Translations under genes and position numbers: made by a program
Notes under the pieces: model-generated
The model's input: only the letters and a program-made list of their open reading frames with translations
Told to the model about the DNA's origin: nothing
Database searches by the model: none
Shown here: positions 56,293 through 64,000 of the stretch, one piece after another
Layout of the letters: each line of letters opens with the position of its first letter
Numbering within the stretch: the stretch's first letter is position 1
Virus record (IMG/VR): IMGVR_UViG_3300046513_000348
Coordinates: 1 to 64,000 of that record
Length of the DNA stretch: 64,000 bases
Reading direction: 5' to 3' (one strand)

Positions 56293-56326
56293 TAAATCCC
56301 AGGAGCCCGAAGGCTCCTGGGATTTA
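56293..56326 (-). terminator. Hairpin terminator after chimallin
   Basis: 15-bp perfect stem with a cUUCGg loop on minus. Confidence 0.75.
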
Positions 56327-56359
56327 CTTAAGCACTATTGCAGTACCGATGCTGCTGGA

Positions 56360-58327
56360 TTACCAGCGGCCGCCGAAACGCTCGTCCGAGCGGTCCGAGT
56401 AGCGATCGTCGTAACGGTCGCGACCTTGACGCTGGTTGCGGTACAGGCCGCCCGAACCAGGACGGTTCAGGATCTGGTCGATGTTGCCGTAGGTGGTACG
56501 GAAACGATCGTTGCCATCGCGGCTCGACGAGGTCGGGTTGAGCGACAGCTTGCAGCGGGTGATGGCTTCCAGCAGGGCCTCGTTGAAGCCGAGGGTGAAG
56601 TTGAAGCGCTGGTGGTAGCCGGTGATCACCGAGGTCGGCACGAAGTCCTTGATGATTTCGTAGCGTTCCGATTGGGTCAGGACGTTGTCTTCGTTCGAAG
56701 TCGCAGCCATGCCCCAACGCTGGATGATCTCCAGGTCTTCTTCCTTTTCCGGGCGCAGGAAGTTCAGCAGCGCCAGGTAGTCGAAGTCACGCAGGTCCAG
56801 ACGCTGGCCGCCCGATGCCTCGGTGTAGTAGCCGGCGTGGATACGCTCGATGTGCGGATCGATGATGGCTTCCGAACGATCGTACAGGTCTTCAAAGTGG
56901 CCATTGGTCAGCACGCAGGCCGCATCGTAGATACGACGCATTGCGCTTTCATTGCCCTGCGCAGCTGCCAGCAGGTCGATGTGCTGCCAGGTGCTGGCGC
57001 CGCATTCCGGAACGTCGATCGAGAAGATGATGCCCGGACGGACGGTTGCACGCAGCAGTGCTTGACGCTTGGCCGTGGTGAACGACGAGGTTTTGGTTTC
57101 CCAGCGTTCGCCGAAGCCACGTTCCATGTCCTGCAGGTTCGGCTCGATTGCCAACGCACCGATGTTGCGCGGATCGTCTTCACCCAGGGACTGGTTCGGC
57201 TCGAAGGCACGCATCACTTCCTGCGACTCGCCCATGGCGTTCATGGTCGCCATCGCCAGCAGCATGGTCGTCGGCGAGAAGTCGACGGTGTCCACGAAGG
57301 TGGTGATGAAGCGCAGCGCGTACAGCTGATACTCTTCGCCCGAGATGCGGCGATCGCGGCGGCTGTACAGGTCGTTGCGGTTGTTGGCGCCTTCGGCCGG
57401 CGCGTAGACGAAGTCGAAGTAGCCACCCAGGCGCGAGATGCGGGTGCCGGTCACCAGCTGGTCGATCGAGTCGCGGCTGTTGCGGCCCTTGGCTTCGCGG
57501 GACTGCAGATCCACGATCACGTCGGCACGGGTCGGCATGTGGCCGCGGTCGAAGATGTGGTTCTGGCGATGCTGGACGTGCACGCTGTTGTAGGTGTCGA
57601 CGTTGTCGTCGGCGCTCAGCACCAGTGCGATCGCGTCCGGATCGTTGCGGTCGATGAAGGTCTTGATCGCGGCGAATGCGTTCTTGACGCAGTCGGCGAT
57701 TGCCTGCGGGTCTTCCTTGGCGGTCGGGAAACCTTCCGAGATGACTTCAGCGTCGGCCGAGAACAGGTTCTTGTTGCCGTAGTGGCGTTCCAGAACGTCC
57801 TTGATGACCTGACGGGTCTTGTTGTTGTAACCATCGCCCGGGACCTGGACGATGAACACGCGCTGGCCGCGATAGCTTTCTTCACGCGGACGCAGGGTCT
57901 CGGCCGAACCGGCGAGCAGGAAGGTGTGGTAGCCCACGCCCAGGTGCTCTTTGCCGCGGCGGGTGCCGGCGACGACCAGCAGCGAGAACGGGATACCGGC
58001 CGACGAGGCGTCGATCGGGAACACGCTCACGTTCAGCATGTTGTTGTCGTCTTTTGCCGGCATTGCTTCGACGAAGTCGCGGCGGAACGATTCCAGCGCT
58101 TCGGCGGTGTTGCTCATCGCCAGCGGCGTCGGGTTGGCACGGCCGATGCTCGACAGGGATGCGAAGCGGGACGGTGCATTGGTTTCGCTGCGACGCGATT
58201 CTTCACGGCGGCTGCCGCGATCTTCTTGTTGACCGCCACGATCGGTGTTGCCACCGGATTGACGCTCTTGCGCTTCTTTCATTGCCGAGCGAACTTGGGA
58301 TTGACGGTCTTGACCTTCGATTGCCAT
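56360..58327 (-). CDS. chmA: Chimallin, major phage nuclear shell protein (phiKZ gp54-like)
   Basis: 655 aa with disordered termini; very strong codon bias; early promoter; position between the gp52-like gene and beta'-N. Confidence 0.85.
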   Translation of the reverse strand: MAIEGQDRQSQVRSAMKEAQERQSGGNTDRGGQQEDRGSRREESRRSETNAPSRFASLSSIGRANPTPLAMSNTAEALESFRRDFVEAMPAKDDNNMLNVSVFPIDASSAGIPFSLLVVAGTRRGKEHLGVGYHTFLLAGSAETLRPREESYRGQRVFIVQVPGDGYNNKTRQVIKDVLERHYGNKNLFSADAEVISEGFPTAKEDPQAIADCVKNAFAAIKTFIDRNDPDAIALVLSADDNVDTYNSVHVQHRQNHIFDRGHMPTRADVIVDLQSREAKGRNSRDSIDQLVTGTRISRLGGYFDFVYAPAEGANNRNDLYSRRDRRISGEEYQLYALRFITTFVDTVDFSPTTMLLAMATMNAMGESQEVMRAFEPNQSLGEDDPRNIGALAIEPNLQDMERGFGERWETKTSSFTTAKRQALLRATVRPGIIFSIDVPECGASTWQHIDLLAAAQGNESAMRRIYDAACVLTNGHFEDLYDRSEAIIDPHIERIHAGYYTEASGGQRLDLRDFDYLALLNFLRPEKEEDLEIIQRWGMAATSNEDNVLTQSERYEIIKDFVPTSVITGYHQRFNFTLGFNEALLEAITRCKLSLNPTSSSRDGNDRFRTTYGNIDQILNRPGSGGLYRNQRQGRDRYDDRYSDRSDERFGGRW

Positions 58328-58431
58328 TTTGAAATCCTTCAGGTAGTATAAATGAAAAGTAACACACGTACAGGGATTGTCGTGTGGGTAAAAAGCTGAT
58401 CTTTGTTAGATTCCTAACATTGATCAACTTT

Positions 58432-58460
58432 GTAATATATCAGTGAAATTAGTTTAAAAC
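58432..58460 (-). promoter_or_regulatory. Early promoter of chmA
   Basis: Exact TATATTAC (58439-58432) with upstream AATTTCA. Confidence 0.75.
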
Positions 58461-58637
58461 CCAATCTCAAGGATACATCGAAGAATAGGGAACATAGGTG
58501 CCAACACGACGCAGACGTTTCATCTGCACATTATAGGAGAAATCCAATAACTTTTTACATGCTGGTGGTTTAGCCTATATCCAAGTTCATGGTATGACTA
58601 CTGATAATAGAAAAATATTTTCCATGGCCGATTAACT

Positions 58638-59714
58638 ATGCTCAGTCTCTTTAACAATCTGTCGACCCGCATCAAAGGTACGGTCCGATTGCCCGAATGG
58701 AATTATGTCCGTGACGGCTTGATGATGAACCTGGATCATGCGAATAAGTACTATCGGAGTGGTGCTTATGCGGTTGGCTCGGATCATGAACTGATCAAAC
58801 TCCTGTTCGGATTGGCCACGTCTGTCGATCTGGACCTCAATCGTTACTACAAGACTGTTGACGCGAAAGCATTGACGGTTGCCCAGCAATTGGGCTTCAC
58901 GACCACTATGAGTAAAGGACATGTCTTCAACAATGTCTTCTTCTCGGGCAAGAGTCGTGAGGTAATCATTATTACCGATGAAACTTTCGATCCAGCAGAA
59001 GTAACTGCTAACTGGCGAGATGCAAGACCCATCAAGGTTCTGCGTCATGGCTTTGATAAGATCGACTGCTTCCCACTGACAGGAAAGATCGAGAGTAATG
59101 GCATTAGTGTCTTTGCGATCAATCTCCCGATGCTGGCTGTCCAGTATCGTGCCTATCGTGAATGGCAGAATACGTACGTAACTGAAGCGACTGGTCGTAA
59201 CTCGATCTATCATTTCTGCTACGCGTATCCAATCAATAACATGATGTACGAAGCAATGGATCACGCGGTGTTCAATCGCATGGTTCGCATTCATCAGGGT
59301 CTTCCGACTTCGGACAATGAGTTCCAGCATCCGTTCCATGTGACGAACTATACGGATCGCTGCGATCGCTTGTTGTCAATGCTCAATGAAGATCTGAACG
59401 ACATGCATCGTGACATCGGAAACATTGCGATGACCATCCCTCTCGTGGATAAGAGCGATGCTTTCCAACTCCTGAAGCTACCAGACATCTCCGAGTCGCG
59501 TCAAGTGAACTGGGCGATTTATCTGGCGCGTATCGACATGCTGCTGTTCTTCCTGGACTTCAAGGGCGTGAAGAATCAAAATGCGAACGAGGTCAACCGA
59601 ATCAAGTATGAGCTCAAACTCTACTTGAAAGACGGCACGATTCAAAGTGCTGTCCCGGCAGAACTCTTCCAGAAACAAAGAGCGGTGATTGAAAGACTCG
59701 TTGCGACGCTATAA
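58638..59714 (+). CDS. Conserved virion protein (phiKZ gp52-like)
   Basis: 358 aa, divergent from chmA; synteny. Confidence 0.55.
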   Translation: MLSLFNNLSTRIKGTVRLPEWNYVRDGLMMNLDHANKYYRSGAYAVGSDHELIKLLFGLATSVDLDLNRYYKTVDAKALTVAQQLGFTTTMSKGHVFNNVFFSGKSREVIIITDETFDPAEVTANWRDARPIKVLRHGFDKIDCFPLTGKIESNGISVFAINLPMLAVQYRAYREWQNTYVTEATGRNSIYHFCYAYPINNMMYEAMDHAVFNRMVRIHQGLPTSDNEFQHPFHVTNYTDRCDRLLSMLNEDLNDMHRDIGNIAMTIPLVDKSDAFQLLKLPDISESRQVNWAIYLARIDMLLFFLDFKGVKNQNANEVNRIKYELKLYLKDGTIQSAVPAELFQKQRAVIERLVATL

Positions 59715-59716
59715 CG

Positions 59717-59752
59717 CATATACTCCCTGGCCTCGCGGCCAGGGAGTATATG
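59717..59752. terminator. Bidirectional hairpin terminator
   Basis: 16-bp perfect stem, TCGC/GCGA loop, between convergent genes. Confidence 0.8.
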
Positions 59753-59762
59753 TTGTTTGCCT

Positions 59763-60422
59763 TTAAAACAAGAACGGGGCTGCCGGTGGGGTGAAGTCGG
59801 CCTTGTAGTACGCCACATTACTGTCGACCCGGAACTCGTCTGCGTATCCACAAAGCGAATACGAAGTAATTCCTGTCCAAGTAAAGATGGCGTCCATGGT
59901 GACCGATTCCACAGGCGCAATGCGTTCGAGTACTTTCTTTCCATCCACAAAAAGGCGATGGATTTCGCCTTCTCGAGTCGATGCAAAATGTTGCCATGCG
60001 TTGTAGTACAGCGGTACTGAGACAACTACGATGCCTGTGGTATTGAGCCACATGGCTACCGTATTCGGATCTGGACCCAATGCCATCGGAATTTGACGGG
60101 CTGTTCCGATGCGGTTCGAGATAAGAGGCATCATATAACCGCTTGGATTTGCACCCGTACGGTAAATGTAGCATTCGACCGTGTAGTCTCCCGCCAGAAC
60201 AATCTGGTCGTTCGTTTCGAAGAGCAGGTTTTCGTAGTTGAAGAAGGCCGAACTTCCGCCGAACTTCGACTGAGTTGTGGAAATGTACGGACTGCCATTG
60301 CGGACAAACGTGCGACCGTATTCGTCTTTAAAGTTTGTCGAGTTGTTTGCGCCATCGAAATGCAAAAGAATGTTATTTCCTTTGTACTTCTTCTTGGCAT
60401 TGAGTAGGTTTGCTTCATGCAT
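59763..60422 (-). CDS. LamG/concanavalin A-like lectin domain protein
   Basis: LLHFDG...SKFGGSSAFF...DYTVECYIY...WQHFASTR...GYADEFRV. Confidence 0.8.
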   Translation of the reverse strand: MHEANLLNAKKKYKGNNILLHFDGANNSTNFKDEYGRTFVRNGSPYISTTQSKFGGSSAFFNYENLLFETNDQIVLAGDYTVECYIYRTGANPSGYMMPLISNRIGTARQIPMALGPDPNTVAMWLNTTGIVVVSVPLYYNAWQHFASTREGEIHRLFVDGKKVLERIAPVESVTMDAIFTWTGITSYSLCGYADEFRVDSNVAYYKADFTPPAAPFLF

Positions 60423-60434
60423 ACTTGACTACTC

Positions 60435-61157
60435 CTAAATACCGCGATCCGAGAAAGCTCGCGATGGAATCGTGAAGTCGCTGATGTAACGTGCAACTCC
60501 CTTAGTGATTCGAATGTCGTCGGCGTTACCATCAACCGATTGCGCATATGCCGAGCTGGCACCAATACGAATCGGATAACCAGACTGGGCATTAAGAATC
60601 TTGTTGTCGGTTCCGGTACCCAGTAGAACTCCATTCAGGAAAATTCGAATGGTGCCATTTTGTCGAGTAACGGCGATGTGATTCCAGAACCTTAAGGGGA
60701 TGCCTCCTGAAACATTGCCATCGATATAAGCTTGGTTTGGTGTGGCTCCATTATAGGCGCCGTCGTAGGAAATCCATTCGATCGTTCCGTTACCGTTAAT
60801 ACAACGGAGAATGAAGTTGCCGTTACCTGCAACCGCATACTGGGAGTGACCAATCAGGCCAGTATTGCCGCTCAGTGCATTGAACCAATACCAGCCTTCG
60901 ATCGTGAAATCGCCAGGAAGTTCAAGATCCGTGCCAGTGAATTCCACATAGCCTTTAGCAATTGCCAATGACCGAGGTCCGAACTTAGGCGTTCCATTCG
61001 GGAAGATATATGCGCCGTTATAGGCTCTGATTACGTGATTTTTTTGATCGATGAAACTGATACCATCTGCGCCACCATCAAAATGTGACAGAAAGATGAC
61101 TTTATCCCAATAAGGATCCGGTGGATTCAGTTTCGCCAGGAGTAAAGGTTCGTGCAT
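60435..61157 (-). CDS. LamG/concanavalin A-like lectin domain protein
   Basis: LSHFDG...PKFGPRSL...DFTIEGWYW...WNHIAVTR...DGNADDIRITKGVARY. Confidence 0.85.
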   Translation of the reverse strand: MHEPLLLAKLNPPDPYWDKVIFLSHFDGGADGISFIDQKNHVIRAYNGAYIFPNGTPKFGPRSLAIAKGYVEFTGTDLELPGDFTIEGWYWFNALSGNTGLIGHSQYAVAGNGNFILRCINGNGTIEWISYDGAYNGATPNQAYIDGNVSGGIPLRFWNHIAVTRQNGTIRIFLNGVLLGTGTDNKILNAQSGYPIRIGASSAYAQSVDGNADDIRITKGVARYISDFTIPSRAFSDRGI

Positions 61158-61161
61158 ATTC

Positions 61162-61200
61162 GATCCTGTAAAAAATTATTTGTTCTATCACAGTATCGAC
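61162..61200 (-). repeat. 39-nt leader repeat, copy 1
   Basis: 36/39 identical to 61836-61874; lies directly upstream of a lectin gene. Confidence 0.85.
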
Positions 61201-61228
61201 TACTCCTGGCTGAGGCCAGGAGTAGTCG
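61197..61228 (-). terminator. Hairpin between lectin cassettes
   Basis: 14-bp perfect stem, TGAG/CTCA loop. Confidence 0.65.
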
Positions 61229-61234
61229 TGCCTA

Positions 61235-61831
61235 TTAGATTCGTTTAGCCGAGAAGCCAAGCAAAGTCCATTTGGCCGGGAATGAGAAGGAACTCGTAAT
61301 GACTCCATTGGAGCCGTTTAGATAACTTCCGAATACCCAATCCCACGTATTTGCGTAAATGCCAGGGTAATTCAAAGTCAGGATAAGATTGTCATTCAGG
61401 TAAACATAGTAAAAGTCACCCTGCCGCCTGAGAACGATTTTCTGTTCGATGCCAAATTGGATTTTGTACGGACCCGTCATGGTCGCCCATCGGTTATTAT
61501 AGACATAGTTAACCGACCCGTCTGCTTCGATGCAAATCATCCATGATGGAGGATCACTTCCCTGTCGATAACGGCTGAACAGATCTAGCCTTGTTGACGG
61601 AATCGTTTCGACAACAAAACGACAAACGATCTCGGTATTTTCTCCTACCAATGATGGGGTTCCAGAATAAGGAATGCGCATCCAGTTAACTTGCTCAGCC
61701 GTAAAGCTATAGCTATCTCCAACTTTAGTTACGCCAGAAGACTGTGTTGGGGTTCCATTAAAGCCATCAATGTTGATTCCGGTAGCTGAGCCGAACTTCG
61801 GTTTCTTCTTAGTAAGTAGAGCTTCTAGCAT
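61235..61831 (-). CDS. Lectin-like (LamG-type) beta-sandwich protein
   Basis: 198 aa, aromatic beta-rich; WMICI...IVLRR.GD..YVYLND; N-terminus MLEALL. Confidence 0.6.
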   Translation of the reverse strand: MLEALLTKKKPKFGSATGINIDGFNGTPTQSSGVTKVGDSYSFTAEQVNWMRIPYSGTPSLVGENTEIVCRFVVETIPSTRLDLFSRYRQGSDPPSWMICIEADGSVNYVYNNRWATMTGPYKIQFGIEQKIVLRRQGDFYYVYLNDNLILTLNYPGIYANTWDWVFGSYLNGSNGVITSSFSFPAKWTLLGFSAKRI

Positions 61832-61835
61832 CTCA

Positions 61836-61874
61836 GATCCTGTAAAAAATTATTTATTCACTCACAGTATCGAC
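61836..61874 (-). repeat. 39-nt leader repeat, copy 2
   Basis: 36/39 identical to 61162-61200. Confidence 0.85.
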
Positions 61875-61876
61875 GC

Positions 61877-61902
61877 CTCCCCTAGCCTTTCGGCTAGGGG
61901 AG
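61877..61902 (-). terminator. Hairpin terminator after DNA polymerase
   Basis: 11-bp perfect stem, GAAA loop on minus. Confidence 0.7.
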
Positions 61903-61912
61903 ATGCGCTCGA

Positions 61913-64000
61913 TTAATACAAGTCGTAAATCATTCGTGTATTTTTCTTATTGGCCATACCAACGCCCATTGCTTCTAGGATGTGGTAATAGGCACCGCAG
62001 GATTCGCGAACGATCTTGCGTGCATTCGAACCAGCCAGTATCTCGTCAGGGATACCGGAGATTTGAACGATGCTCACTGGAACGTAAAGAGTCGTAAGGA
62101 TCTTGCGACCAATCCTTTCCATTTCGGTTTTGATGTCTTCAACAAGACGTTGGTCCTTGATCTGTTCGAGCCAAGTCGCAAACTCAGTCACGTTGTTAAC
62201 TTCAAGCGAAACCTTCAGCATGGTGTAAGGAGGCTCATCAACCATTCCGTAGACTTTGCCGAATGTACGATTCCAGAACAGATGGTTCCAGTACGGGGTA
62301 CGATCCTCGTCCTGAACCTTGTAGGCCTTTGCAGGCTTCAAGTGAGCCATCTTGAAGTACTCGGTCTTGCCGGATTTCACATCGCTGTAGATTCCGTTTT
62401 CCTTCTCGGCGATGGTGTCGATCAGATCGTTCAGGTAGATATCCTTCCCGGCCACTATGTCTTTCATCTGGTCGAGCAGGAACTTCTTCACATTCTTCAC
62501 GATATCACCAGGCGTAGCTGAGGAGATCATGTTCGCACCCTTCAGTTCCAGTTCCGGCTTCTTAAAGACGTTACCTTCCTGAGCAGATTTCATTGCCCAG
62601 TAGTGCTTTGCCATCAAGGTTGGGACGAAGATGTCGAACTTGTACTCGTTCTTCATCTGCACGTCGAACAGACGATCGCGATGGACGCCATAGTTCGCGC
62701 TCATCTTGGCATGCAGGTGCGAGGAGGTCTGTGCTGCGAGATAAACTACAACGTCAGACGTCGAGTTCATTTCGTCAGTGAAACCAATCGTACCGTAAAT
62801 GCGCTGAACCCATTCCTGTACGGTGAACAGAGTCGAGTCAGTATCGCCACCCAGCACGGAACGACGGACCGAGGTCGGGAAGTTACCGGTGGATGCTGGC
62901 ATGTTGTCGCTGAGCCAGAATGCATTGATGATCGGCTGTACGCCAACGAGGACGTCGTTGATGTTCTTGGCCACATGCGCCAGAATGCCGTAGTTGCGTT
63001 CGTCGGTCTTGCGAATCTCTTTCGGCTTCATGCCTTTCGAGAAAGAACGGCACAGCTGACGAGCCAGATTGAGCGTATCTTCCGAAACAGCTTTCAGAAC
63101 GAAGTCGGCTTCTTCAACTGGTAGGGATTCACTCGGAATCCAAATCAGACGACCAAGCAGATCCGAAACGAATTGCTTGTTGTGCTTGTACAGATGGTAG
63201 AAATCACCAACGTACACAAATGCCGCACGTTCCAGCGGAGACATCTTCGAGATGAACTCGTACACCGGACCCATCATCTTGTTCGACTGGAAGTACAGCT
63301 GCCTGGACCGCTCGATACATTCCAATACTTCGTCGGATGTCGGATAAGCCAGGCCGTAGATCCGCATTGCGGTTTCGACCTTTTCCATGTCGGTGATTTG
63401 CGAGATCGACACCAGGTTGTTCAGGATGGTATCGACGTCCATGTAATGGCGATTGCCTTCGATGAACTTCTCGTTGTTGGCGTTACCGTACGCCGTGGTA
63501 TTGCGGCAGTTCGTCGTGAGGGACGAGTGCGAGGTCGGATTGAACAGGCAGGTCGACGGAGTCAGCGATGCGCCCGACAGCGAGTTGTTGGTGGTCTTCT
63601 TGTTATTCTGTTCGAGGTTCTTAAAGATGTACAGAACATCGTCACCAGCATTCTTCGCATCGAACATCTGACCCTTACTAATGTCTCGGCCCACGATGTT
63701 GTCCATGGTGTACAGGGACAGAAGCGATTGTCGCACATCTGGCGAGCAGTAAGAGGTGAAGGTCGGTGACATGGATTCGTCGTTAGCGATCACGTCCGAC
63801 AGGTATTTCGACATCGTAGTTTCTTCGAGACGGCGGTCTTCGAAGTTGCTGCGATGCAGGAAGCGAACCTTCGGGTCATGGAATTCAAACAGACCACCCG
63901 GGCGTAGGTTTTGGATAACGAACTCGCGAGCTTCTTCCAGCGAGATGTTCTTGGTTTTGTGGAGATAGAAAGATGCCTGGTCAACGTAACCATTGAGCAT
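61913..64000 (-). CDS. Split family-B DNA polymerase, palm (motif B/C) subunit (phiKZ gp50-like); may extend beyond the window
   Basis: Motif B KKTTNNSLSG, motif C GGDTDS, and KHY...ELKG. Confidence 0.88.
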   Translation of the reverse strand: MLNGYVDQASFYLHKTKNISLEEAREFVIQNLRPGGLFEFHDPKVRFLHRSNFEDRRLEETTMSKYLSDVIANDESMSPTFTSYCSPDVRQSLLSLYTMDNIVGRDISKGQMFDAKNAGDDVLYIFKNLEQNNKKTTNNSLSGASLTPSTCLFNPTSHSSLTTNCRNTTAYGNANNEKFIEGNRHYMDVDTILNNLVSISQITDMEKVETAMRIYGLAYPTSDEVLECIERSRQLYFQSNKMMGPVYEFISKMSPLERAAFVYVGDFYHLYKHNKQFVSDLLGRLIWIPSESLPVEEADFVLKAVSEDTLNLARQLCRSFSKGMKPKEIRKTDERNYGILAHVAKNINDVLVGVQPIINAFWLSDNMPASTGNFPTSVRRSVLGGDTDSTLFTVQEWVQRIYGTIGFTDEMNSTSDVVVYLAAQTSSHLHAKMSANYGVHRDRLFDVQMKNEYKFDIFVPTLMAKHYWAMKSAQEGNVFKKPELELKGANMISSATPGDIVKNVKKFLLDQMKDIVAGKDIYLNDLIDTIAEKENGIYSDVKSGKTEYFKMAHLKPAKAYKVQDEDRTPYWNHLFWNRTFGKVYGMVDEPPYTMLKVSLEVNNVTEFATWLEQIKDQRLVEDIKTEMERIGRKILTTLYVPVSIVQISGIPDEILAGSNARKIVRESCGAYYHILEAMGVGMANKKNTRMIYDLY

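Noticed and set aside
58330-58637. 310-nt AT-rich gap with short ORFs
   Set aside because: It is explained by the divergent promoters and the chmA leader; no convincing structure or coding signal was found.

Overview
This is 64 kb of a phiKZ-like, nucleus-forming jumbo phage genome (Chimalliviridae-type), roughly 55% GC, densely coding and mostly on the minus strand. The right half holds the phage-nucleus block: PolB palm subunit, chimallin, non-virion RNA polymerase subunits (beta'-N with NADFDGD, beta-C, beta'-C, sigma-like), ChmC- and PicA-like genes, an SbcD nuclease and an SF2 helicase. The left half holds head and baseplate genes, the second PolB subunit fused to DUF4326, dTMP kinase, a virion RNAP beta' subunit and lectin/FN3 fibre-like genes. 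The 25.5-35.2 kb accessory region contains tRNA-Gly, an acyl-carrier-protein-like gene, a DUF3307 membrane protein and early-gene paralog arrays. The best novel candidates are: a ~315-nt structured RNA with the elements of a type I hammerhead core but large insertions (27276-27590); a phage ACP; a -1 slippery site joining a tail-chaperone-like gene pair; and the DUF4326-polymerase fusion. phiKZ gp numbers come from recalled gene order and motifs, not from a database search. No CRISPR array, intron, intein or transposase was recognised.
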